A DNA stretch of 61,409 nucleotides. It comes from Candidatus Woesebacteria bacterium (GTDB lineage: Bacteria > Patescibacteriota > Microgenomatia > UBA8517). The stretch spans positions 1 through 61,409 of the forward strand of contig JAFGPD010000036.1 of NCBI GenBank assembly GCA_016926185.1. Reading direction: 5' to 3'. Every line of letters starts with the position of its first letter. The first letter of the stretch is position 1. The notes below the pieces were generated by a model. It saw only the letters and a program-made list of their open reading frames with translations, was not told the origin of the DNA and searched no databases. The position numbers were made by a program, and so were the translations under genes. This document shows positions 35,401 through 45,448 of this stretch, one piece after another.

Positions 35401-35883
35401 CTATTTGAGGTTTTCTACAACTACTGAATTATATTTAACAACTCTATCCTCATCATCATGAACTATCTTTGCTTTCAATTTCTCACCTTGCAAAATTTTA
35501 CTCAACCACAACTTATCATTCTCCCACATCTTGCCATAAGGAATTTGATCTACAGAAAACCACTTTGGTCTCATTTCCTCAGTTTCTTTGGGAATCCCCT
35601 TCCACTTACTACAAATAAAAACATAAACTTTCCAATTGCCGCCTGGTTCGAGATAATCCAGCTCTGCCATTTTGATAAGATACTTTTTATCAACAATCAC
35701 TTCTGCTTCTTCCATAACTTCCCTTACCATAGCATCTTTGATTGTTTCACCTTTTTCAACTTTCCCCCCAAAACCATTCCACTTACCCTTTGCGTACCTT
35801 ATTTTTTTCATACCCAGACAGACCTCTTTTACCTTGCCACCTTTACCTTTTCTCACCAAATACACTGTCACACCTTTTTTCAT
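35401..35883 (-). CDS. NUDIX hydrolase (MutT-like)
   Basis: Nudix box GKWNGFGGKVEKGETIKDAMVREVMEEAEV. I moved the start to the ATG at 35883. Confidence 0.8.
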   Translation of the reverse strand: MKKGVTVYLVRKGKGGKVKEVCLGMKKIRYAKGKWNGFGGKVEKGETIKDAMVREVMEEAEVIVDKKYLIKMAELDYLEPGGNWKVYVFICSKWKGIPKETEEMRPKWFSVDQIPYGKMWENDKLWLSKILQGEKLKAKIVHDDEDRVVKYNSVVVENLK

Positions 35884-35936
35884 AACGCACTCATTATACT
35901 CTGGAGGCTGTAAGTAAACCAATGTATAATCAGTCA

Positions 35937-36425
35937 ATGTTCAAAGAATTTAAAAAATTCATCTTAAGAGGTAATTTGATCGATCTGACAATTGGTTTTA
36001 CTGTAGGTGCAGCTTTTTCTACTTTTGCAAAGTCTCTAGTCACCGACATAATCATGCCGCCAATAAATCTCATCTTAGGTCCCAGTAATTTTGCTAGGCT
36101 TTTTATTGTTCTTAGGGAGGGTAAAACACCCGGTCCCTACATATCATCTTCCGAAGCAGCCAATGCCGGAGCAATAATAATTAATCTGGGAGAATTTTTA
36201 AATAATCTTCTGACACTTATAGTTGTCGGCTTTGCGATGTTTCTGATCATTAAATTCATCAACAAGCTCAACGAGCAATTAGAAGTAAAGGCAGGAAAGA
36301 AAAAGGATACTAAAAAAACTCCTAGTGATAAAAAGTGTCCATATTGTTGGACAACTATCCCCTTCAGAGCAACAAGATGTCCGGCATGTACTTCTGAGCT
36401 AAAAGTTAAAAAATTTGAAGGATAA
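35937..36425 (+). CDS. mscL: Large-conductance mechanosensitive channel MscL with a C-terminal zinc-ribbon tail
   Basis: MFKEFKKFILRGNLIDLTIGFTVGAAF is the MscL N-terminal signature. The C-terminus has CPYC-x11-CPAC. I moved the start to the ATG at 35937. Confidence 0.85.
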   Translation: MFKEFKKFILRGNLIDLTIGFTVGAAFSTFAKSLVTDIIMPPINLILGPSNFARLFIVLREGKTPGPYISSSEAANAGAIIINLGEFLNNLLTLIVVGFAMFLIIKFINKLNEQLEVKAGKKKDTKKTPSDKKCPYCWTTIPFRATRCPACTSELKVKKFEG

Positions 36426-36427
36426 AT

Positions 36428-37507
36428 TTATTCCAAGTAATCTTGTAGCTTTTTTCTTCTGCTGGGGTGTTTGAGCTTTCTCAATGCCTTTGCCTCGATC
36501 TGCCTTATTCGTTCACGGGTCACCCCAAAGACTTTTCCAACCTCTTCCAAAGTCATTTGCTTGTTGCCCTCTAAACCAAAACGCAACTTAAGAACTCTCG
36601 CTTCTCTGTCTGAAAGAGTTGCCAAAACCTCATCAAGATGGTCCTTAAGAAGCTGTTTGCTGGCCTGATCAACCGGAGAAAGCTGGCTTTCGTCGGGAAT
36701 GAAATCGCCCAAAAAACTTTCTTTATCCTCACCAACAGGCGCTTCAAGGGATGTAACCTCTTGCGCAATTTTAAAGATTTCCCTGACCCTATCGGCATCC
36801 AATTCAACTTCTTCTGCGATCTCCTCAGCTGAGGGTTCTCTACCCATCTCCTGCATGAGTCGTCGGGATGTGCGGTAAAGCTTATTAATTGTCTCGACCA
36901 TGTGAACCGGGATCCTGATAGTTCTTGCCTGATCGGCAATTGCACGGGTTATCGCCTGCCTTATCCACCAAGTAGCGTAGGTGGAAAACTTATATCCCCT
37001 CCTCCAGTCATATTTTTCAACAGCACGAATAAGCCCCTGATTACCTTCCTGAATAAGATCCAAAAGTGACAGGCCTCTCCCGATATATTTTTTGGCAATG
37101 GAGACAACCAGTCTTAAATTACTTTCTGTAAGTTTATCTTTTGCAGATTTGTCCTCAGCTTCATATCTTTTTGCAAGCTCAACTTCCTCTTCTGCGGTAA
37201 GAAGAGGAACTTTGCCGATCTCCCGAAGATACTGTCTGACAGGATCAGTTGACTCGGCGCCGCTTAGCTTTGAAAGTATCTCTATCTCACGCTCAATCTT
37301 CTCTTTTGCCTTCTCATCAGTATCAAGCTCATCTGCAGCAATGGACTCAAAAACATCAACTCCTTCTGCAAGGAGTTTTTCATAAAGTTCTCCAAGCTCT
37401 TCGAGTCTAAGTTCCGCATCTGGAAAGACCTCTAATATCTCGTCTTGGGTGAGAAAACCTTGGTCACGTCCGGTTTTGATGAGTTCTTTTACTTTTTTTC
37501 TAATCAT
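36428..37507 (-). CDS. rpoD: RNA polymerase primary sigma factor (sigma-70)
   Basis: Region 2 ([27 protein letters not shown]) and region 4.2 ([30 protein letters not shown]). Confidence 0.95.
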   Translation of the reverse strand: MIRKKVKELIKTGRDQGFLTQDEILEVFPDAELRLEELGELYEKLLAEGVDVFESIAADELDTDEKAKEKIEREIEILSKLSGAESTDPVRQYLREIGKVPLLTAEEEVELAKRYEAEDKSAKDKLTESNLRLVVSIAKKYIGRGLSLLDLIQEGNQGLIRAVEKYDWRRGYKFSTYATWWIRQAITRAIADQARTIRIPVHMVETINKLYRTSRRLMQEMGREPSAEEIAEEVELDADRVREIFKIAQEVTSLEAPVGEDKESFLGDFIPDESQLSPVDQASKQLLKDHLDEVLATLSDREARVLKLRFGLEGNKQMTLEEVGKVFGVTRERIRQIEAKALRKLKHPSRRKKLQDYLE

Positions 37508-37511
37508 ACCG

Positions 37512-37537
37512 AAAAAAGGCCCTACGTGTGGCCTTTT
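37512..37537 (-). terminator. Terminator-like hairpin between dnaG and rpoD
   Basis: The minus strand reads AAAAGGCC-ACACGTAG-GGCCTTTT, then TT. It ends about 4 nt before the rpoD ATG. Confidence 0.5.
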
Positions 37538-37578
37538 GTAATAGTTTTATTATACACGCAAAGTTAATTAGTTCAAGT

Positions 37579-39363
37579 TCACTCTTCTGCTAATAGAATT
37601 GTATATTCTTTTGTAAGCTCAGCAAAGCTTTTTTCAAGTTTTTTAAGCTCGTTACTACTGCCCTTTTTACCTTCCTTGTCTTTTATCTTTTTAGTGATAT
37701 CCTCAAGCCTTTTTTTAAGATCAAGTTTTTCCAGTTCCTTGACAATAAGCTCCATTTCTTCGACCTCATTCTCTATCCCCAAAGAAACATCAATATCACT
37801 TTCATCTTTTAAAAGCATGTCAGAATATGCGCTAAAAAGTTCTTTGGGAATGTGTTCCGCGAAATCTGAAGGTATAAACTTACTGTTTTCTTTTGCATAT
37901 TCCAAGTAATGTTTTAATATCTTGCTGGGCAAGTTGGAAGTTATCAGTTTTTTTGTTTTTTTATCCTCCAAAGTTTTTAAGTCGTTTTTGAACGACAATG
38001 CCAAAAGTCTTTCTTCTAAAAGCTGTCTTCTGGGTTTGTCTGATCCTTCATCCCCCTCACCAAGACTTTTTGAATCCTGAGGCTCAGAACTGGATTTCTC
38101 AACCTGCTTTATGACAACATCCTCTGTAACACCCAGTCTTTCCGATACAACTCTAACATAATGAGCCTGAACAATGCTGTCTGAGATCGAAGATAAAATT
38201 GGAATAACATCTGAGCTTATTTTCGCTTTTCCGCTCCCAGTGCCTTGATCATATTTTTCAAAGATACTGTCAATTAGATAATCCCAAACGTTTTTTGCAT
38301 CTTTAAGTTTTTTCTTGTAACCCTCAGGGTCATTATGGGCATAATCGTCAGGATCCTTATAATCAATAAGTTTTGCAACCTTTATCTCAAAATCCTGCCC
38401 CTGCAGCACTTTAATTCCCCGCATCGCTGCAGCGTCTCCTGCAAGATCTGCATCTAACGCCAAAATTACTTTATTCGTATATCTGGAAAGAAGTCTTACC
38501 TGCTCCTCAGTGATCGCAGAACCCTTAATTGCAACCGCGTTTTTGACACCCACCTGCCAGGAGCTGATCATATCCAGCTCACCCTCAACAATGATTGCCC
38601 AACCTTTCTTTTTGATAATGCTTCTGACATGGTTCAGACCATACAGCACATTTGACTTATGATAGACCGGTGTATCTGGTGAGTTTATATATTTTGCAAT
38701 ATCCTTTCTGGAAGACATTATCCTCCCTGCAAACCCCAAAACATTTCCCCGATGGTCATGCAACGGGAAGATGACTCTTCCCCTGAATCTATCAATAACA
38801 CCACGGCTTGTCTTTACAGCAATTCCAGCTTCAGTAAGATCATCGATAGAATAACCTTTTTTATCAACCAGAAAACTTTTGATCGCAAAGGGGTCGTCAG
38901 GACAGAAACCCAATTCGAATTCGTCTATTGTCGAGGTTTTTAAGCGTCTTTTGCTTTTAAGATAATCCAAGGCTTTTTCACCCTTATTGTGCTTCAGAAG
39001 AACATATTTATAAAAACGTTTAGCAAGGCTGTTGATCTCAAAAAACTTTTCTTTTTGGCTTTTACGATCACCCGAAATCGGTTTTAATTTAACCCCAACC
39101 CTATCAGCTAAAAGTTTTAAAGCTTCATAAAAATCCATTCCTTCATACTCCTGCAAAAAGGTGAAAACATCTCCCGACACACCGCAGCCAAAACATTTAT
39201 AAATTTGAAGTTCAGGAGAAACCACAAAAGAAGGAAGTTTTTCGCTGTGAAAAGGACAGGGTGCCTTGAAGTTCTTTCCTGCTTTTTTAAGATCAATATA
39301 TTCACCTATTATAGAAACGATATCGATCTTTTGTTTTATCTCATCAACCTGATCCTGTGCCAT
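37579..39363 (-). CDS. dnaG: DNA primase
   Basis: CHC2 zinc finger (CPFHSEKLPSFVVSPELQIYKCFGCG) and TOPRIM (IIVEGELDMIS...LALDADLAGDAA). Confidence 0.95.
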   Translation of the reverse strand: MAQDQVDEIKQKIDIVSIIGEYIDLKKAGKNFKAPCPFHSEKLPSFVVSPELQIYKCFGCGVSGDVFTFLQEYEGMDFYEALKLLADRVGVKLKPISGDRKSQKEKFFEINSLAKRFYKYVLLKHNKGEKALDYLKSKRRLKTSTIDEFELGFCPDDPFAIKSFLVDKKGYSIDDLTEAGIAVKTSRGVIDRFRGRVIFPLHDHRGNVLGFAGRIMSSRKDIAKYINSPDTPVYHKSNVLYGLNHVRSIIKKKGWAIIVEGELDMISSWQVGVKNAVAIKGSAITEEQVRLLSRYTNKVILALDADLAGDAAAMRGIKVLQGQDFEIKVAKLIDYKDPDDYAHNDPEGYKKKLKDAKNVWDYLIDSIFEKYDQGTGSGKAKISSDVIPILSSISDSIVQAHYVRVVSERLGVTEDVVIKQVEKSSSEPQDSKSLGEGDEGSDKPRRQLLEERLLALSFKNDLKTLEDKKTKKLITSNLPSKILKHYLEYAKENSKFIPSDFAEHIPKELFSAYSDMLLKDESDIDVSLGIENEVEEMELIVKELEKLDLKKRLEDITKKIKDKEGKKGSSNELKKLEKSFAELTKEYTILLAEE

Positions 39364-39406
39364 TAGTAAAGCAATTTTAACATAAAACCCAAAAACAAAA
39401 CGAAAT

Positions 39407-41011
39407 CTATTGAGGTCTTTCGAATATCACAGACGAATCATCATTGTATTTAATTTTCCATCCATCGTCTCCTAAAATTTCATAAAAACTTTTTCGCTCA
39501 TTTCTGTCAAACAAATAATGATAAATGATTTTAAATTTCATCAGCACGCTCTTTGCACTCTGACTGTCTTTCTGAATAGGCAGTAACACTGTGTCGATAT
39601 CATATTTCTCAAAAATTGACTTATAATCAACACTTCCGTCAACCATCCCTACGTATTCTTTGAACGCATTTGTGCTTTCATTCTCTGGGGCATCTTTTCT
39701 ATCCCATACGGGCATAAATCCACTAACAAAGACTCTCTTTTCCGGCAATTTCCAATTCAGATACCCACCCCAACCGTATAAAGAAAATATCTCTCCTTCC
39801 GGAATATTTTGCTTAATGTAGCCAACCGCATTCATGGGATAACTGCTTTTTTCTGACAAACCAAAACCATTGCCTATGTTTATAAAATAGATCAGAAAAA
39901 ACAATAAAAATGAAAATATACTCAAAGATCTAAAAACAGCCATCGCGCGTTTACTTGCACCCTTGGTCTTTTTAATTTCTTCAAAGAAATACCCTATAGC
40001 ATCAATGGTTATCGGCAGACTGACTAAAAGATATAAAGGAAAGTGACGAATAACCAAAAGCCCCATAACAAGGTAAGAAAAATACAAATAAAATCTTGTC
40101 TTGCCCACCTTTTCTTTTTGTTTGATGACAAATACAAGCGATATTGCCAGATACAAACCATACACAGTTTTAAAACTGAAAATTATCGGTATCCATTCCA
40201 ATACTTTCCATCTTAGCTCCCCCATTGACACCTCAGCTGTCACCTGTCTCCAGATATTCAAACCATAAGGATTTACTAAAGTAACCAAAAAACTCAGTAG
40301 AAGTAAAAGTAACATTTCTTTGTAAAATTTAAATCTTTTGTCTGCCAGCTGTGCCTTGAAGTCCTTAAATTTCCACAGCGATCTTAAGTTAATTTCCTGT
40401 GTGAAATCCATAAATATTAAAAAGGAAAACGTTGCCAGCCCCACCAGAAAACTGCCATGTAAATTCACCCAGAACAAAAAAAATACTGGAATTAGATATC
40501 TCACTTTTCTCCACAATCTTTCATTGAAATATAGATACAAAAAAAACGATAGAAAAAGCCAGGAAATGACTTGTGCCCGTATTGCGAAAAAATAAGAAAA
40601 CGATGTAAGAATAAATACGCAAAGATAGTTAGAGAATATTCCAAAGGGAATTTTTTTGTAAAAATCTGTTCTGGAGGTCTTTGTGGAAAAAAACAATGAT
40701 AAAAACACAAAAACCGACCACAAAAAAGATAGCCAGATCAGACCTATTCGCGAATAAATGAGATAGATAAAAAGCGCAACACCCCACGCGTGTTCAATAA
40801 ACTTATAAGACGGCATCGTATACGAATAGGGGTCTGTCATTTTAAAAAATGCAAAACCTTCACGAAATATCAATTCTCCATTTTTCAATCTGTAACCAAA
40901 ATCCGGATCCAAGCGAACAAAACCTATAGACATAAGCATAAAAAACAATAAAATTGGAACAAAAAAGTGAAACTTACTAATGAATTTTTTAATTAAAATA
41001 TTTTTTGCCAT
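39407..41011 (-). CDS. Polytopic membrane protein, possible GT-C-type glycosyltransferase
   Basis: 534 aa with about 12 TM helices followed by a soluble C-terminal domain. The function is inferred from architecture only. Confidence 0.5.
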   Translation of the reverse strand: MAKNILIKKFISKFHFFVPILLFFMLMSIGFVRLDPDFGYRLKNGELIFREGFAFFKMTDPYSYTMPSYKFIEHAWGVALFIYLIYSRIGLIWLSFLWSVFVFLSLFFSTKTSRTDFYKKIPFGIFSNYLCVFILTSFSYFFAIRAQVISWLFLSFFLYLYFNERLWRKVRYLIPVFFLFWVNLHGSFLVGLATFSFLIFMDFTQEINLRSLWKFKDFKAQLADKRFKFYKEMLLLLLLSFLVTLVNPYGLNIWRQVTAEVSMGELRWKVLEWIPIIFSFKTVYGLYLAISLVFVIKQKEKVGKTRFYLYFSYLVMGLLVIRHFPLYLLVSLPITIDAIGYFFEEIKKTKGASKRAMAVFRSLSIFSFLLFFLIYFINIGNGFGLSEKSSYPMNAVGYIKQNIPEGEIFSLYGWGGYLNWKLPEKRVFVSGFMPVWDRKDAPENESTNAFKEYVGMVDGSVDYKSIFEKYDIDTVLLPIQKDSQSAKSVLMKFKIIYHYLFDRNERKSFYEILGDDGWKIKYNDDSSVIFERPQ

Positions 41012-41119
41012 ACTTTTCTGACACCTTATATTAATACAATTTTAAAATCTTATTAAGAAAGAGTGTGTTGTAATTATTAAAAGAAGATAATTTACAATTT
41101 TGATAAAAGTGATAGTGAG

Positions 41120-41204
41120 CGGTGGGTACAGGATTCGAACCTGTGAAGGGATTGCTCCCTCGGGTTTTCAAGACCCGTGCAATTGGCCACTATGCGAACC
41201 CACC
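41120..41204 (-). tRNA. tRNA-Ser (anticodon TGA)
   Basis: Acceptor GGTGGGT/ACCCACC, anticodon arm CGGGT-CTTGAAA-ACCCG, long variable arm, T arm ACAGG-TTCGAAT-CCTGT. No CCA is encoded. Confidence 0.9.
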
Positions 41205-41384
41205 TTAGAGATATATTATACCAAGCTTATTATTAAAATATATTAAGCCTAATTTAAAATTTTTTAACATTGAACAAATTACGATAAGAACAATGTGCTG
41301 ACAAATTCACTATGAATTGGTAAGGCGAATAAGAGTCAACACCATAATGATAATATTTTTTAAATCTGATAAATTTAACTTTGC

Positions 41385-43004
41385 ATGTTAAAAAAATTTA
41401 TAAAAGGTCTCGTTGACAACATCTGTGATACCTTTGTCTCATTCAAAAATGAATTGCTCAAACTAAATCCTTTTATTCCTATATTTATCACCGGCTCTAT
41501 TATAAGGATATTTTTCACCTTAAGAGCTAATTTCCCTCTTAATGATGGCGGTATGTTTTACAAAATGACCCAAGAGCTAATGGATAATAGCTTCCGTCTT
41601 CCAATGTTCACATCTTACAACCACTCAAATATTCCTTTTGCTTATCCACCCCTAGGTTTTTACGCAGCTGGAATTACAAGCAGAGTTTTTAACATAAGTT
41701 TAATCAATGTCTTTAGATTCTTACCCTTAATTATAACAATTCTTACAATACCAGCCTTTTATATATATGCAAAAGAACTTTTCCCTAAAAAACTTGCAAT
41801 CATTTCTGCGTTCATCTTCTCCGTTATTCCCAGAAGTTTTATGTGGCTGATAATGGGTGGTGGTATCACGAGAAGTTTTGGACTCTTATTTTCCTTACTA
41901 ACACTTTATTTCGCGAAAAAGTACTTCAGAGAACATTCGAAAAAATATCTTTTCTACACAGTTATTTTTGCAGCATTGACAACATCTTCTCATTTGGAAT
42001 GGTTTTTTTTCACCTGTTACAGTTTGCTATTTATAAATATCCATATAGCAAAAGGTACAAAATTATTAAAAAAGATTATACCAATCATTATCGGCACGTT
42101 TTTACTTACGCTACCTTGGTGGTTAACAGTTTTAAATAGATTTGGAGTTGGTCCTTATATGAATTTTCTAAAAGCCGGATCTGTTTATAAAGATATTAAA
42201 ACTTATCCTCATTTACTGACGCTTTCTTTCACAGACGAGCCTTTTTTAACAATATTCGGCACACTAGGACTTTTGGGATTAATGTTAAGCACCGTAATAA
42301 ACGGATTCATCCTTATAGTCTGGTTTTTAACTCCCCTACTGATTGCACCTCGCAGCTCTCCAAATTTGATTGTAATACCATTAACATTTTCAGCAGCATT
42401 TGCAATTTATCAATTATCACTAATTACGAAAACTAAAGAATTAAAAAGGCAGCAAAGATCAAAAAAAACGCAAAAATTGCGTTTGCTTGTTTTTAAGACG
42501 ATCACTGCATACCTGGCAATATATACGATCACTTCAACAATATTTTTATCTGAGTTGAGTAACAATTCATACTTCGACTCTATAACCAACGATGAGGTAG
42601 AAGCTATGAACTGGGTCAAGGCAAACACTGACCCTTCGAGCAAATTCTTACTGATAACCGACAATTTGAAATGGGGAATGGACACTGTTTCTGAATGGTT
42701 TCCGGCAATCTCTAACAGAGAAAGCATTACTACACCCCAAGGTCAAGAATGGATATCAAACAACGAGTTTTATTATAAAGTGTCATTGAATAATAATTTA
42801 AAATTGTGTTATACAAAGGGAATTGGTTGCATAGAAAAAATAATGTATGAATATACAAAATTTGATTATGTCTTTATCTATAGATGCAATGACAGAATTC
42901 AACTGAACGATATTGCCAATCTTATAAGAAATGAATTATCTAGGTCTGAAAAACACGAATTGGTTTTTGAGAATAAGGATACACAAATATTCAAAATTCT
43001 TTAA
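41385..43004 (+). CDS. Polytopic membrane protein, possible GT-C (ArnT/PMT-like) glycosyltransferase
   Basis: 539 aa with many TM helices plus a C-terminal soluble domain. Architecture only. Confidence 0.5.
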   Translation: MLKKFIKGLVDNICDTFVSFKNELLKLNPFIPIFITGSIIRIFFTLRANFPLNDGGMFYKMTQELMDNSFRLPMFTSYNHSNIPFAYPPLGFYAAGITSRVFNISLINVFRFLPLIITILTIPAFYIYAKELFPKKLAIISAFIFSVIPRSFMWLIMGGGITRSFGLLFSLLTLYFAKKYFREHSKKYLFYTVIFAALTTSSHLEWFFFTCYSLLFINIHIAKGTKLLKKIIPIIIGTFLLTLPWWLTVLNRFGVGPYMNFLKAGSVYKDIKTYPHLLTLSFTDEPFLTIFGTLGLLGLMLSTVINGFILIVWFLTPLLIAPRSSPNLIVIPLTFSAAFAIYQLSLITKTKELKRQQRSKKTQKLRLLVFKTITAYLAIYTITSTIFLSELSNNSYFDSITNDEVEAMNWVKANTDPSSKFLLITDNLKWGMDTVSEWFPAISNRESITTPQGQEWISNNEFYYKVSLNNNLKLCYTKGIGCIEKIMYEYTKFDYVFIYRCNDRIQLNDIANLIRNELSRSEKHELVFENKDTQIFKIL

Positions 43005-43032
43005 AGTATATAAAAATACTTTTCAATAATTG

Positions 43033-44496
43033 TTAATGGTCATAGTTGAAAAAAATGTATTTATTAAAACCAATGTCCAACAAGGAACCATTCAATAACT
43101 CCCATTTCAAAGGTTCACAACCACTTATTTCAAAATATACATAATACAAATCTCTATCTAATTCCTGAAGCAATAGTATGTTTTCCCCTACCAAAGTTTT
43201 AACTGTGTATCCTTTAGGATCTATTTCAACTATGGAACCAGAAATATTTCGCAAGAATCCATGCACTTCATCTTTTTCAATTTCACATTCCACACCAAGC
43301 AAGCGAGCTGGCAAGACAAAGGGGTTTAGACCCAATTTAAAAATAATTTCAAAAAGCTTTTCACCCTCACTCGCTGTATAAAGATAATCTTTTGAGTTCC
43401 CAAAAACATATTTCTTTGGAACGGGAATATTCTCTTTTGTCCGAATCATTATCTTATCACCAGAGCTTAAATGCATATACAGTTTTGGGTCGGAAATAAT
43501 ATCAAGTCTTGATCCATATAGTAACGAATAAATAATCAAAGACAGTAATATAAGAATTGTAATTAACTTTCGTTCGATGCGGTTAACACCCACAAGAGAT
43601 AAATAAGTCAAAGAGGTGAACAAAATATTGAAAGGGGTGATTATCTTTGAAAAATAAAATTCACCTGGAGACAAGGATCTTACAAGTAGTATCTCGAAAA
43701 CAATTAAAAATGCCCCAATAATGAAAGTTATATACGTTGCGTTTTTATTAATTTTATTGGAACTAACCGCTTTTAATTCATAAAAATATATTAGAAAAAA
43801 TAAAAACACTGAAGATGTGATGAACTCGTATGAAAAAAGCCCTCCATCAATTGTTGACTTTACAGAAACAAAGGACAATAGACAAAACACACATTTTGAC
43901 AAAAATCCAAAACATTTATGTTTTGATAAAATCATCCACAAAGACAAGATACCTAAAATTAATACTCCAAACATTAAGCCAACTATTACATATAAAAAAC
44001 TTGGAAGTATGTTCATAAAAACCAAACCAGTACCCAATTCTGGAGAAGCACGAAACAACAATGATTTTATGGGATAACTTACAATTGGTTTGGCAAAATG
44101 ATTGTGTGTAAGGGTTGAAAATTCCAATACCCCCTTATAGGAATAAAAACTAAAAAAAGTGTTGATAGGAATCTTGCTCTTGATTAAAAAGTAAACAAAA
44201 GTAATTGTACTAAACAAGTTAATAATTAAGAGACTAAAGGCTGTAAAGAAGTAAATTATCTTTTTATTTTTAATACGAACTTCAAAAAAATTGTGAAGAA
44301 AGAAAAGAATAATTGAGTAGACAATAAACGCATGTGTTTTTAAAGGAGAAAGACCATTGATAATTAGTTCTGTGTAACCATGCAAATAGTAAATAACAGG
44401 TGATTTGAAAAGAATAACTTCAATTATCGTAAAGGTAATCGCATATTTAGTTAATAAAATGAAACTTTTTTTATAACCATTTTTGAGCTTTATCAT
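43033..44496 (-). CDS. Polytopic membrane protein with a C-terminal soluble domain (unknown function)
   Basis: 487-aa ORF. Its start lies 2 nt after the stop of the upstream CarS-like gene, which suggests an operon. Confidence 0.6.
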   Translation of the reverse strand: MIKLKNGYKKSFILLTKYAITFTIIEVILFKSPVIYYLHGYTELIINGLSPLKTHAFIVYSIILFFLHNFFEVRIKNKKIIYFFTAFSLLIINLFSTITFVYFLIKSKIPINTFFSFYSYKGVLEFSTLTHNHFAKPIVSYPIKSLLFRASPELGTGLVFMNILPSFLYVIVGLMFGVLILGILSLWMILSKHKCFGFLSKCVFCLLSFVSVKSTIDGGLFSYEFITSSVFLFFLIYFYELKAVSSNKINKNATYITFIIGAFLIVFEILLVRSLSPGEFYFSKIITPFNILFTSLTYLSLVGVNRIERKLITILILLSLIIYSLLYGSRLDIISDPKLYMHLSSGDKIMIRTKENIPVPKKYVFGNSKDYLYTASEGEKLFEIIFKLGLNPFVLPARLLGVECEIEKDEVHGFLRNISGSIVEIDPKGYTVKTLVGENILLLQELDRDLYYVYFEISGCEPLKWELLNGSLLDIGFNKYIFFNYDH

Positions 44497-44498
44497 TA

Positions 44499-44999
44499 CT
44501 AATACGGCTTTGCTCTAAAACCTAATTTATAAGCACAAACAACGCTTATTTTGTGAAGCAGATAATTAATTGGAAATGCAAATACAGCAATACGATTAAA
44601 GTATGAGATATTGAAAAAGTTTAACAACACAAACGCCATTATCAGATAGTCCAATTGGTCAATTAATGGTAAGGCATTGCCTCTTATTATTTTAAAACGT
44701 CTCTTGAGAAAACCTGAAACTGCCGCACCTATGTAGTTTGATGAAATTAATACAGAGGAAACTTTATAATCCGAGATGATTATACCGTATATTAATATAC
44801 ACATTACTGTAATAAACAATCCTACAACGGTCTTCGCACTACCTATTAATCTCCTTCCGTCTATAAAATTTACATTGAAATCAATAGGATAATCCCAAAA
44901 CCCATATTTATACCTCACAAAATGCCACAAAACATACAAAACGTTAGTGAACCACAATGGAAAAAGCAACTTAATAATTAGAAAAACATGATCGTTCAT
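44499..44999 (-). CDS. CDP-archaeol synthase (CarS/DUF46)-family CTP-transferase-like membrane protein
   Basis: PIDFNVNFIDGRRLIGSAKTVVGLF and GAAVSGFLKRRFKIIRGNALPLIDQLDYLI match the CarS motifs (PIDxG..F.DG.R.LG..KT.RG and SF.KRR....RG...P..DQ.D). Confidence 0.65.
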   Translation of the reverse strand: MNDHVFLIIKLLFPLWFTNVLYVLWHFVRYKYGFWDYPIDFNVNFIDGRRLIGSAKTVVGLFITVMCILIYGIIISDYKVSSVLISSNYIGAAVSGFLKRRFKIIRGNALPLIDQLDYLIMAFVLLNFFNISYFNRIAVFAFPINYLLHKISVVCAYKLGFRAKPY

Positions 45000-45322
45000 T
45001 TTAAACCACCACTTTACATTTTAGTGTAACAAGAAAAGAAAATATATTACCTTGCAAAATAATATAGAATGTATTTCTTCACCAAGATGTGGAACACTAA
45101 GAAAATCATAAAGAATTTTATCCAGTTTATTCTAAATTGTATCTTTTAAAAAGTTGCTTATTGAAATAGTTGTTTAGTCAAAGCACAGACTCGTGAAACA
45201 AGAAAGAACAGCTACAAATTGTGTTAATAAAAACAAACAAAACGTGCAAGATCCGTATCTTAAAATATAAAAATTTCATACTTGCAAGTCATAGAATAAC
45301 ACCAAATCCGCAAACGTAGTTT

Positions 45323-45339
45323 GCGGAGGAGGTGGGATT
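45323..45339. repeat. 17-nt direct repeat of the tRNA-Ser(GGA) 3' end
   Basis: GCGGAGGAGGTGGGATT is identical to 45448-45464. It is preceded by a perfect 8-bp hairpin, CCGCAAAC-GTA-GTTTGCGG. Confidence 0.85.
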
Positions 45340-45448
45340 TACATTCAACTTTGGTTCACCATATTCACCATCGCTCAGTATAAACTTCTCATCCCACACA
45401 TACAACAAAGGCGGTCTCGCCTTCGTTGAAACTACGGCGAAGCGAAGG

